A stretch of DNA of 64,000 nucleotides, taken from contig JADGNP010000001.1 of the NCBI GenBank assembly GCA_017883425.1, positions 2,514-66,513 of the forward strand, in the 5' to 3' direction. Positions 29,439 through 38,770 of this stretch are shown in pieces. The stretch comes from Candidatus Sulfotelmatobacter sp. (lineage in GTDB: Bacteria; Acidobacteriota; Terriglobia; Terriglobales; Acidobacteriaceae). The notes under the pieces were generated by a model. It was given only the letters and a program-made list of their open reading frames with translations. It was not told where the DNA came from and searched no databases. Both the position numbers and the translations under genes were made by a program. The first letter of the stretch is position 1. Each line of letters starts with the position of its first letter.

Positions 29439-31154
29439 ATGACCAAACTACGCAGTCAATCATGGTTCGGGCGACAGGACCGTGAAGGCTTCATGTATCG
29501 CAGCTGGATGAAGAACCAAGGTTGGCCGCATGATCTTTTCGATGGCCGCCCGGTGATCGGAATTTGCAACACCTGGTCTGAGTTCACGCCTTGCAATGCC
29601 CATTTTCGAGAGCTTGCCGAGTTTGTGAAGCGCGGCGTCTGGGAGGCCGGCGGCTTCCCTCTCGAGTTCCCCGTCATGTCGCTGGGCGAGACACAACTTC
29701 GGCCCACGGCAATGTTCTTTCGCAACCTCGCCAGCATGGACGTCGAAGAGTCGATTCGTGGCAATCCCATGGACGGTGTCGTCCTGCTTATGGGCTGCGA
29801 CAAGACAACCCCTTCCCTGCTGATGGGCGCCGCTTCCTGCGACTTGCCGACAATCGGCCTCTCCGGCGGCCCCATGCTCTCCGGCAAATTTCAAGGTCGC
29901 GATCTGGGATCCGGAACTGGCCTCTGGCAAATGTCGGAACAAGTTCGGGCCGGTGCCATGCCAGTCGAGGAATTCTTCCAGGCTGAAAGCTGCATGCATC
30001 GCTCGAAGGGTCACTGCATGACCATGGGTACAGCTTCGACTATGGCGAGCATGGTCGAGGCGCTCGGCATGAGTCTTCCCGGCAATGCTGCAATCCCCGC
30101 GGTCGATGCTCGGCGCAGCACTCTTGCGCAGCTAACGGGCCGCCGTATCGTCGAAATGGTCCATGAAGACCTGCGTATCTCGCGCATTCTGACCCGTCAG
30201 GCATTTGAAAACGCCATTCGCGCGAACGCAACCATCGGCGGATCCACCAACGCGGTGATTCATTTGATTGCCATCGCGGGCCGCGTGGGTGTGCCTCTTG
30301 CTCTCGACGATTTTGACCGGCTCGGTTCGACGCTGCCGTGCCTCGTCAACATTCAGCCCTCCGGAAAATACCTTATGGAGGACTTCTACTATGCCGGCGG
30401 CCTGCCTCGTGTTCTTCGAGAACTTGGCGAGGCGGGCGCGCTTCACCGTGACGCGTTAACCGTCAACGGAAAATCGATCGGCGAGAATGTGGCCGAGGCG
30501 CCTTGCTGGAATCCCGATGTGGTCCACACCTTTGCCAGTCCATTTAAATCGAATGCTGGCATTGCTGTTCTGCACGGAAATCTCGCACCGGATGGCGCCG
30601 TAATCAAGCCATCCGCGGCCAGTCCACAACTGTTGCAGCACACTGGGCGAGCCGTCGTCTTCGAATCGATCGAAGAGTTTCACTCGCGGATCAATGACGA
30701 AGCCCTCGACGTCGATGAAAGTTGTGTCCTGGTTCTCAAAAACTGCGGCCCCCGTGGTTATCCGGGTATGGCCGAAGTTGGCAACATGCCCCTGCCCCCA
30801 AAACTGCTGCGCAAGGGGATAACGGACATGGTCCGGATCTCCGACGCGAGAATGAGCGGTACCGCGTACGGAACTGTCGTACTGCACGCTTCGCCCGAAG
30901 CTGCTGCCGGCGGCACGCTCGCGCTGGTCCGCTCCGGCGATACGATCACTCTGGATGTCGCTCGGCGCTTGGTTCAACTTGAGGTCGATGACGCAACCTT
31001 GGCCGCCCGCCGCGCGCAATGGAAACCTCCGGCTCTTCCTGAACGCGGCTGGCAAAGACTTTATATCCAACACGTGCAACAAGCGCATTTGGGAGCCGAT
31101 CTCGATTTTCTCGTGGGACACAGTGGCTCACGCGTCGCTCGCGACTCCCACTGA
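29439..31154 (+). CDS. L-arabinonate dehydratase (IlvD/Edd family pentonate dehydratase)
   Basis: 571 aa. Close colinear resemblance to rhizobial L-arabinonate dehydratase as I recall it: LRSQ.W.G..., NQGWPHDLFDGRPVIGICNTWSEFTPCN, the cluster motif LLMGCDKTTPSLLMGAAS, and VRISDARMSGTAYGTVVLH. Confidence 0.88.
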   Translation: MTKLRSQSWFGRQDREGFMYRSWMKNQGWPHDLFDGRPVIGICNTWSEFTPCNAHFRELAEFVKRGVWEAGGFPLEFPVMSLGETQLRPTAMFFRNLASMDVEESIRGNPMDGVVLLMGCDKTTPSLLMGAASCDLPTIGLSGGPMLSGKFQGRDLGSGTGLWQMSEQVRAGAMPVEEFFQAESCMHRSKGHCMTMGTASTMASMVEALGMSLPGNAAIPAVDARRSTLAQLTGRRIVEMVHEDLRISRILTRQAFENAIRANATIGGSTNAVIHLIAIAGRVGVPLALDDFDRLGSTLPCLVNIQPSGKYLMEDFYYAGGLPRVLRELGEAGALHRDALTVNGKSIGENVAEAPCWNPDVVHTFASPFKSNAGIAVLHGNLAPDGAVIKPSAASPQLLQHTGRAVVFESIEEFHSRINDEALDVDESCVLVLKNCGPRGYPGMAEVGNMPLPPKLLRKGITDMVRISDARMSGTAYGTVVLHASPEAAAGGTLALVRSGDTITLDVARRLVQLEVDDATLAARRAQWKPPALPERGWQRLYIQHVQQAHLGADLDFLVGHSGSRVARDSH

Positions 31155-31174
31155 CCAACGGGCCGGGTGTCAAC

Positions 31175-33409
31175 ATGAACGATCAGTGGAGTCGACGCAC
31201 TCTTCTAAAACAACTCGCAGCGCTATCGGCAACGCTGGCTTTGCCGACCGAAAAATTTGTTGGAGAGCCATCCGTGGCCGCGGTCAGCCGAGACTGCGAA
31301 GTCCAAATTGCCATCGTGAGCGCACATACCGTCCGCTTGACGGTTCTCCCTATCCAGAATGGAAAAGTGGCAGACACTCCTTTCAATGGCGCGCTCGTGC
31401 GCGAATCCTGGGGTCCTCCAATCGCAAGACTGCGTGGCCAGGAACTGGGGCAAGCGATTCAATCCGGCAACCTGAGGGTTCGCGCGTCTCTCGATCCTCT
31501 GTCGTTTACGATCTCAACCGCCGACGGAGTCGAGGTCCAAACACTTTCAGCAGACCGCTCCACCGGCATCGTGTCATTCGCGACCGGAAAATCCCCTCTG
31601 CTCGGTCTTGGAGAGGGCGGTCCTCAGTTCGACCGGCGAGGTTCCGTCGACACCATGATAAATGGACAGGTCGGTTATCACCTTGAAACTCACGGCGGTC
31701 GTGTCCCCATCCCATGGATCATCGGCACTGCTGGTTGGGCGATCTTCTTTCATCAACCATTCGGAACCTTCGACTTTACCGAACCTCAATCCAGGTTCGC
31801 TCCTGCAAGCCCAGACACCCGATTTCCGCTGGATATCTTCGTCGTGGCCTCGCCTGATCCGGCCACGATTATGGCTGAATACGCCCGCCTCACCGGGCAC
31901 GCCGAACTGCCCCCGCTCTGGAGTCTCGGATATCAGCAATCACATCGGACGCTTGCAAGCCGTGAGGAAGTGCTAGCCGAAGCAAAAACATTCCGCGAAA
32001 AGAAACTTCCTTGCGATGCCCTGGTCTACCTGGGTACAGGCTTCTGCCCATCGGGCTGGAATACAGAGAACGGCTCATTCTCCTGGAACCTCCAAGTGTT
32101 TCCCGACCCCCGGAAGATGATCGATGAACTGCACAAAGACAACTTCCGGGTTGTGCTCCATGACGTAATCCTGACTGACAAACTTAGAGGATCGGTTCAC
32201 GACTCATGTAAGTTGTCCGAGTTCGACGAGGCAGAAGCGAGTTGCTACTGGGACGCTCACCGCAAAGATTTCGCGATGGGCGTCGACGGCTGGTGGCCCG
32301 ACGAAGGCGACCCACTCGACATTCCTTCGCGGCTCGGACGCAACCGGATGCACTGGGAAGGTCCCCAACTCGATCGACCCAATGAGCGTCCGTATGCGTT
32401 ACATCGCAACGGCTACGCAGGCATGCAGCGCTACGCATCGTTTCTGTGGTCGGGAGACGTGTATTCCAAGTGGGAGACGCTCAAGATGCAGGTTCCAATT
32501 GCGATCAACACCTCTCTTTCCGGCATTCCCTACTGGGGAACCGACATCGGAGGTTTCGTCCCTACAAAAGACTTCACGGCGGAGCTATATCTGCGTTGGT
32601 TTCAGTTCGGAGCATTCTGCACGCTGTTCCGCTCCCATGGCCGCACATGGAAGTTGCGTCTTCCCTGGGGATGGAATACTGGCGATCCCGGTCCGATCGA
32701 GATCCGCAACTACGACGGCGCAGCGATTCCAGATGCGAGCCAATTACACAACGAACAGGTAGAGCCCATCTGTCGCAAATATCTGGAGCTTCGCTATCGG
32801 ATGCTTCCCTATCTCTATAGCGCCGTGCGTGAGTGCACTGTCACCGGCTTGCCTGTCATGCGCGCGTTGTGGCTTCATTACACCGACGATCCAAAGGCAG
32901 TCGAGTGCCCGGACGAGTACCTGTGGGGCCGGGACATCCTAGTGGTCCCCGTGGTGGAGAATGGTGCAAACTCTCGCAAAATTTATCTGCCACGCGGGGT
33001 TTGGTACGACTTCTGGACGCGCGAGAGACTCGAAGGCGGCCGCGAATTCATGCGCCCGGTTGATTTGGAGACCATTCCCCTCTACGTGCGGGCCGGAACG
33101 ATCTTGCCCCTTGGCCCCGTGAAGCAATACACCGGAGAACAAGTCGATCAACCGCTCTCCGTTTCCATTTATCCCGGTGCTGATGCTTCATTTCTGCTTT
33201 ATGAAGACGATGGCCGTTCCTTCAATTACCGCAAAGGTGAGTGGATGGGTGTGCACCTGACCTGGAATGACGCACAACGCACGCTCACGTTAAGTCTTGC
33301 ACTGGGCTCGCGTCTGCTCCCTCCATTGCAAAGGAATCTCGAAGTAAAGCTTCTTGATGCGGAGAAGCACATCATGTTCGACGGACGTCCGATCAAGGTG
33401 CGATTCTAG
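31175..33409 (+). CDS. GH31 alpha-glycosidase (alpha-xylosidase/alpha-glucosidase type), Tat signal
   Basis: 744 aa. Leader SRRTLLKQLAALSATLALP. GH31 motifs GVDGWWPDEGDP and IPYWGTDIGGF. Starts 20 nt after the dehydratase stop, so it is probably co-transcribed. Confidence 0.88.
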   Translation: MNDQWSRRTLLKQLAALSATLALPTEKFVGEPSVAAVSRDCEVQIAIVSAHTVRLTVLPIQNGKVADTPFNGALVRESWGPPIARLRGQELGQAIQSGNLRVRASLDPLSFTISTADGVEVQTLSADRSTGIVSFATGKSPLLGLGEGGPQFDRRGSVDTMINGQVGYHLETHGGRVPIPWIIGTAGWAIFFHQPFGTFDFTEPQSRFAPASPDTRFPLDIFVVASPDPATIMAEYARLTGHAELPPLWSLGYQQSHRTLASREEVLAEAKTFREKKLPCDALVYLGTGFCPSGWNTENGSFSWNLQVFPDPRKMIDELHKDNFRVVLHDVILTDKLRGSVHDSCKLSEFDEAEASCYWDAHRKDFAMGVDGWWPDEGDPLDIPSRLGRNRMHWEGPQLDRPNERPYALHRNGYAGMQRYASFLWSGDVYSKWETLKMQVPIAINTSLSGIPYWGTDIGGFVPTKDFTAELYLRWFQFGAFCTLFRSHGRTWKLRLPWGWNTGDPGPIEIRNYDGAAIPDASQLHNEQVEPICRKYLELRYRMLPYLYSAVRECTVTGLPVMRALWLHYTDDPKAVECPDEYLWGRDILVVPVVENGANSRKIYLPRGVWYDFWTRERLEGGREFMRPVDLETIPLYVRAGTILPLGPVKQYTGEQVDQPLSVSIYPGADASFLLYEDDGRSFNYRKGEWMGVHLTWNDAQRTLTLSLALGSRLLPPLQRNLEVKLLDAEKHIMFDGRPIKVRF

Positions 33410-33520
33410 TCTTACACGATTGGGGACGCAGAGGCAGAGATTGACCATTACGTTCTTTGGGACGTTCACCTCCGGAGAAACTTTACGGAACACCGGATTT
33501 GAACCTTCCATCTGCTCGCA

Positions 33521-33686
33521 AGTCTCCGTCAGCTTGTGTCTCAGATCCAAACGTAGGCTGCAATGCTCTGAAGTTCTTGCAGAGCCTTTGCGCCCCCTCC
33601 AGCTTTAACACTTCCTGATATCTCATTCTTTGTTCAGGTGCTTAACCAGTTAGAGCGCAAAATTGACGAAAGGCTTCGCTCTGCAA
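33521..33686 (+). repeat. Copy 1 of a diverged ~165-nt direct repeat (partner at 55101..55262)
   Basis: Alignable by eye end to end. A 54-nt core (33629..33682) is ~80% identical to 55206..55259. It encodes ALTLPDISFFVQVLNQLERKIDERLRSA, against ALTFPDTSLFVQVVKRLERKIDERLRSS in copy 2. Confidence 0.6.
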
Positions 33687-33954
33687 AGTTTAGTTCGTCA
33701 AGAACCTTCTGCAATTCAGAGACTTTCAGCCGTATGACGGGTGTGCGGACCTAACCGCTCCACCCATGATTAGAGAGCTTTTGCGCTAGAAGAGAGGTTT
33801 AACAATTTTAACCATAGAGCCAGTACATTAGCGTTTTCCCTTCCTGACACATTGGTTATACGCGGACGCGTTGACCATGAAGTCTGGATTGCTAGCAGAA
33901 TTCTGACCTCTACTACGATTGTCATCGCCGGGTATTTCCGCAAGGTGTTAGCGT

Positions 33955-34314
33955 TCACGCATGAGTCGCTCCCAGCGTTCGCTTTAAGCCTTCTTCATAG
34001 GATATCCGTTCCTTGTAGCCCCACTCTGCGCGAATGCGGGTAGTGTCGTATGCGATGTCCTGGCGGAAATCATAGGCATTGGCTGCGACCGGCGGGATGT
34101 TTGACGGCGGAAGGTTCTGAAGACGCTTCGCAATGGTTGGGGTGTACGCCTCGCCTACGTTGTAGACCTGGTTAGCGGCCGCAGAATGAAGAGCCGCCAA
34201 CACAATAGCTCTCCGGGAATTGTTTCGTCTAAGGTTGAATTGCCCTCGTGATGCCTGCCTGTCGCCACTTGTGCGGAATCGCTTCACAGACGTTTTCCAA
34301 TTCAGGACGGACAC
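33955..34314 (-). pseudogene. 3' remnant of an NAD-dependent epimerase/dehydratase-family gene
   Basis: Only the last ~70 residues look genuine: QVYNVGEAYTPTIAKRL...YDTTRIRAEWGYKERISYEEGLKRTL. There is no Rossmann N-terminal domain. It sits in a lower-GC, gene-poor stretch. Confidence 0.45.
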
Positions 34315-34334
34315 GGGGGCATGATAAGATATTC

Positions 34335-34346
34335 CAAGTCGTTTGC
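34335..34346. promoter_or_regulatory. Degenerate operator half-site CAAGTCGTTTGC upstream of LacI paralogue 2
   Basis: Right half CGTTTGCCCC resembles CGATTGCCCC at 7698..7707 upstream of paralogue 1. The left half is poor. Lies 20 nt upstream of the ATG at 34366. Confidence 0.2.
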
Positions 34347-34365
34347 CCCCTTTCTTCTCACCCCA

Positions 34366-35472
34366 ATGGATATCCGAGAGATTGCCCGGAGGGCGAAAGT
34401 TTCCATTGCCACCGTGTCTAGAGCGATTAACCGTGTTCCCACGGTCGATCCTCAGCTCGCCAAGCGAGTATGGAAAGTGGTCGACGAGTTGGGTTATTAC
34501 CCCAATACCCAGGCTCGCGCGTTGGTGCTCGGGCGAAGCCGCATCTTCGGACTGATTGTGTCGGAAATCACGAATCCGTTTTTCCCGGAGATTGTTCAGA
34601 CCTTCGAGGATTTAGCGGTTGAGAACAACTACGAGATTCTGTTGACTTCCACCGTGCATGACCCCAAACGCATGGAGTCATCGGTCCGCAGGATGATTGA
34701 ACGCCGCGTGGATGGAGTCGCGATTCTAACCTTCGGCATGGAGGAGTCCCTGATTGAACACCTTCGCGACCGGAAGGTTCCGCTCGTATTCGTTGATGTT
34801 GGGCCCGATGTCCCGGGCATTGCAAATATCCGGATCAACTATCTGAACGGCATTCGACAGGCAGTCCAGCACTTGGCTGCGCTGCGTCATAGACGAATAG
34901 CATTTATTGCGGGTCCACAGTACTTGAAGTCCGCCGGTGCGCGGCGAGAGGCTTTCGAGGACTCCATGAAGGAAATCGGACTTTCTCCAGACTTAATCGT
35001 AATCGGGGACCACAGGATGGAGGGGGGAATGAATGCCCTTCTCGAACTCAATAAATTGAATGATCCGCCGACTGCGGTCCTCTGCTCCAACGACATGACT
35101 GCCATTGGAGTCCTGCGGGAAGCATACGAACAAAACATCAATATACCGGATGACCTCTCGGTTGTCGGCTTCGACGATATCCATTTGGCCGAGTTCACTA
35201 TTCCGCCATTGACGACGGTTCAGATGTCTCAGCACGATTTGGCCAAGATTGCGTTCAACGCCCTATTGCAAGAAGTCGAGTACGGATCTTCCTCGCGCGA
35301 ACGGCACAACTATGAACTCGTGACGAGTCTAGTCCTCCGCCGATCCACGGCCTTGGCTCCGATTAGAAAATCGGCGGCTACGCTGCCCAAGACAAACCGC
35401 ATTGCGAAATCACGCAGGACATCTATAGTTGATTTTGGGCCAGCCAATCATAACTCTCGCGTCACAGACTGA
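34366..35472 (+). CDS. LacI-family transcriptional regulator (paralogue 2)
   Basis: HTH MDIREIARRAKVSIATVSRAINR. About 70% identical by eye to the regulator at 7768..8808, with a near-identical recognition helix. Has an extra ~40-aa C-terminal tail. Confidence 0.9.
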   Translation: MDIREIARRAKVSIATVSRAINRVPTVDPQLAKRVWKVVDELGYYPNTQARALVLGRSRIFGLIVSEITNPFFPEIVQTFEDLAVENNYEILLTSTVHDPKRMESSVRRMIERRVDGVAILTFGMEESLIEHLRDRKVPLVFVDVGPDVPGIANIRINYLNGIRQAVQHLAALRHRRIAFIAGPQYLKSAGARREAFEDSMKEIGLSPDLIVIGDHRMEGGMNALLELNKLNDPPTAVLCSNDMTAIGVLREAYEQNINIPDDLSVVGFDDIHLAEFTIPPLTTVQMSQHDLAKIAFNALLQEVEYGSSSRERHNYELVTSLVLRRSTALAPIRKSAATLPKTNRIAKSRRTSIVDFGPANHNSRVTD

Positions 35473-35581
35473 TTTTCAAAAGGGGTCCGTCTTGGATTCC
35501 CCGGCCAGAGATCCATTGCGCACTTCGCCTTGGGGTGAGAGCATAACTGGAATATATTCTTCGATAGTCGGGCCCCGATCC

Positions 35582-38500
35582 ATGAACATCACCCTCAGGC
35601 TTGCATCCGCGTGCGTGATTTCGCTGCTACTAGTCATCTGTAGCCCCGCAGAAGCGTCTCTCTCGACGGAAAACCCCGGACAGGCCAAGGAAAACGATTC
35701 AGCCCTCTCTGTGACGCAGATTCAGGCGTCGCTTCAGCGTGAGCCTGGCAATTCAAAGCTTTACATCAAACTGGGGCAAGCTTACTGGAACAATGGCGAC
35801 TACCAACCAGCCTTCGATGCCTTCAGGCAGGCTGTGAAACTCGCTCCAGCTTCGGCTGAGGCCCATAACTGGTTGGGCGCATTTCTGATGGGACGTGGCA
35901 ACCTGCCCGACTCAATTTCGGAACTGCGCAAGGCCGTTTCTCTCGATCCCAAGTATGCGCGAGGGTACACGAATCTGGGTTCTGCTCTCGCGAAGAGCGG
36001 CGACCTTGGCGACGCGGTAACCGCGTTTCAAAAGGCCTTGGCCCTTGAGCCAAATAGTTGGGCAGCACACCTCAACCTTGGGCTCGCGTTGCGTGAGAAT
36101 GGAGATGCCGCGGGCGCGCTTGTCCACCTGCGCCGAGTGGCACAAGCGCAACCGAAAAATCCGACGGTGCAATGCGAACTCGGCCAGGCGCTTCGCCAGA
36201 ACGGTGACTTGTCGGCCGCAGCGGCCGCCTTCGAGCGTGCACTGGAGATGGATCCGGAGACGCGCGAAGCCTATTACGGGCTCGGCTTCACGTTAAAGCA
36301 GCAAGCTGCGGCGGCACGTAAAGCTCCGCCGGCCTCTCTTGCAACGAATCAATATCAAAAGGGAGCGCAAGATGACTTGGCCAAAGGTGATTTAAGCTCG
36401 GCCAAGGAACAACTCCTGAAAGCCCTTGCGGCCGATGAAAACGACGGCGATGCTCACAATCTCCTCGGATACATCTTGGGTCAGCAAGGAGACACGGCCT
36501 CCGCACTACCGCATCTGGAACGTGCTGTCGCGCTTCGACCCGACTCTGCGGACGTTCACTACAACTATGGCGCAGCCCTGTGGTATGGCGGTGCGAAACA
36601 GAAGGCCATCTCGGAACTTAAAACGAGTATTCGCCTCGACCCTTCGGCCGCTGCCAGTTACGCGCTGCTCGGAATGGCGCAACGCGACGAAGGTGATTTA
36701 GCTGATTCGAAAGTGAATCTTGAGCGGGCGCTCGCCCTCTCACCGACAACAGCAGCTAGCTTCATTGATCTTGGAATAGTTTTCCTCAAGCAGGCCCAAC
36801 TTCAAAGAGCCCTGGCGCAGTTTGAAGCTGGGCTGAATGCCAACTCAGCCGTTCCCACTCCCGATTGGGATGGTGCAATCACCGCATTGCGTGAAGCCAT
36901 TTCACAAGGTCCCGACCTCCCAGAACTACACAATGTGCTCGGACTCTTGCTCGGTCGCAGAGGCACCGATAGCAACGAAGTTCTGACCGAGCTCCGTCAA
37001 GCTCTGCGTTTGCGGCCGCACTATGCCGAGGCTCACAACAACATGGGCCTGGTCTTGGCCCAAAACGGTGATGACGAGAAAGCGACCGTTGAATTTCGCG
37101 AGGCTGTCCGGATTCGTCCGGACTACGCTGACGCTCATGCGAACCTGGGCGCCGTGCTCATGCTCGCGGACGTGGAAGAAGCTATTGGCGAGTTAGAGAA
37201 GGCGACATCTCTCGATCCAACATTGATAAAAGCCCAATTCAACCTTGCCGAAGCGTACGGCAACAGTTCGAGCCACGGCGCTGCGAAACAGATCGAGCAA
37301 TTGCGAAAGATCATTTCGATCGCACCGGACTTTGCCCGGGCACATCTTGCATTGGGCAAGGCCCTGCTGCACGACGCGAAGGTCAGCGATGCGGTCGCTG
37401 AACTTCGAGACGCAACGCGCCTGGACCCGACAAGCGGCGAAGCGCACTACCAATTGGGCCTGGCCTTAGCTAGAAGCGGTCAGCAAGAGGAAGCTGCAGC
37501 AGAAGTGAAGAAAGGACGGGAACTCTCCTCCGCCGACGAGCGCAACCAGAATGCGGAGCTTGATATCTCGGAAGGCCAGGCAGCTCTTCAAAAAGCCGAA
37601 CTGCGGGAAGCGGAAGCGAAGTTCCGTCATGCCATCAAACTGCTGCCAAACTCTCCGGTCGCACAGCATTTCTTGGGCATGGTATTGGAAAAAGAAGGGG
37701 ACACCGAGGGCGCCGTCACCGCCTATCAGAAAGCGGTGGAATTGAATCCGAGCGACTTGAGCGCCAGGCAGAGCGTGGGTAGGCTGAAGCCACCTGATGC
37801 GCCTGCGCAAACTTCCAGTTCCACCGACCTGGCCGGCGGGATGAGCGAAGGCAAAATCGCTGACGATGATCCCGCAAAGATTTCCGAGTTCGAGAACTAT
37901 ATTCGTGAGAGTCGATATAAGGACGTAGAGCCATTGCTCACATCCTACGTGAAAGAACATCCCAACTCTTCCCGTGGTTGGTACGCTCTCGGCTACAGCC
38001 AGTTTGCTCAGAAAAGGATCGGGGACTCCATCAAATCACTGTCCCAATCGCTCAGCTTGAATGTTAGAAACGCCGACGCACACAAAATCCTTGGGCGCGA
38101 CCTTATGGTCATCGGGCGTTTTGACGCCGCACAAACGGAATTTGAACGGGCGATTCGCTACGCTCCGAAATCGAGTGAAAGCTACTACGATCTGGGCAAA
38201 CTGTATTCGCTCCAGGACAATTGGCTGGCCGCGCGCAAGCAATTCGAGGAGGCCATTCGACTCGATCCGGGATATATCGAAGCAATTGATTCCCTGGGCT
38301 TTACTCAAGAGGCGTTGAGCGATGATGCCGCTGCCCTTCAGACCTATCAGAAGGCAATCGCTCTCAATGAGGAGCGCCACGGCAAATTCGTTTCTGCTCA
38401 CGTGAATTTGAGCGCCTACTACAACCGCACTGGCAATCCGACAAAGGCCCTCGAGTACGCGGAGAAAGCGCTTGAACTTGATCCTAAGTCCGATTCCGCC

Positions 38501-38770
38501 TGGTTTCAAAAGGCACGAGCCGAGGAGCGTCAGGGGCAACTTCAGGCTGCCGCCGATTCGCTGAATCACGCCATCTCCTTGAACCAACGCTCGTCTTCGT
38601 ATTACTACGTCCTCTCCGGAATCTATCGACGGCTCGGCAATCTCCCGGAGAGCAAGAAGGCACTCGAGTCGTTCACGCGCCTGGATCAAGAGAACAACGA
38701 ATTGGAAAAGATGCGACACAACATGTCGAAGAGCAGAGCTGCGCCACATCCCGGAGGAGACCGTGAGTAG
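35582..38770 (+). CDS. Very large secreted TPR protein (~1060 aa, about 25 TPR units)
   Basis: The ATG at 35582 gives the signal peptide MNITLRLASACVISLLLVICSPAEA; the track start at 35429 adds 51 non-signal residues. The unit ...A..Y..LG..L...G....A...F..AL.L.P... repeats throughout. Confidence 0.85.
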   Translation: MNITLRLASACVISLLLVICSPAEASLSTENPGQAKENDSALSVTQIQASLQREPGNSKLYIKLGQAYWNNGDYQPAFDAFRQAVKLAPASAEAHNWLGAFLMGRGNLPDSISELRKAVSLDPKYARGYTNLGSALAKSGDLGDAVTAFQKALALEPNSWAAHLNLGLALRENGDAAGALVHLRRVAQAQPKNPTVQCELGQALRQNGDLSAAAAAFERALEMDPETREAYYGLGFTLKQQAAAARKAPPASLATNQYQKGAQDDLAKGDLSSAKEQLLKALAADENDGDAHNLLGYILGQQGDTASALPHLERAVALRPDSADVHYNYGAALWYGGAKQKAISELKTSIRLDPSAAASYALLGMAQRDEGDLADSKVNLERALALSPTTAASFIDLGIVFLKQAQLQRALAQFEAGLNANSAVPTPDWDGAITALREAISQGPDLPELHNVLGLLLGRRGTDSNEVLTELRQALRLRPHYAEAHNNMGLVLAQNGDDEKATVEFREAVRIRPDYADAHANLGAVLMLADVEEAIGELEKATSLDPTLIKAQFNLAEAYGNSSSHGAAKQIEQLRKIISIAPDFARAHLALGKALLHDAKVSDAVAELRDATRLDPTSGEAHYQLGLALARSGQQEEAAAEVKKGRELSSADERNQNAELDISEGQAALQKAELREAEAKFRHAIKLLPNSPVAQHFLGMVLEKEGDTEGAVTAYQKAVELNPSDLSARQSVGRLKPPDAPAQTSSSTDLAGGMSEGKIADDDPAKISEFENYIRESRYKDVEPLLTSYVKEHPNSSRGWYALGYSQFAQKRIGDSIKSLSQSLSLNVRNADAHKILGRDLMVIGRFDAAQTEFERAIRYAPKSSESYYDLGKLYSLQDNWLAARKQFEEAIRLDPGYIEAIDSLGFTQEALSDDAAALQTYQKAIALNEERHGKFVSAHVNLSAYYNRTGNPTKALEYAEKALELDPKSDSAWFQKARAEERQGQLQAAADSLNHAISLNQRSSSYYYVLSGIYRRLGNLPESKKALESFTRLDQENNELEKMRHNMSKSRAAPHPGGDRE

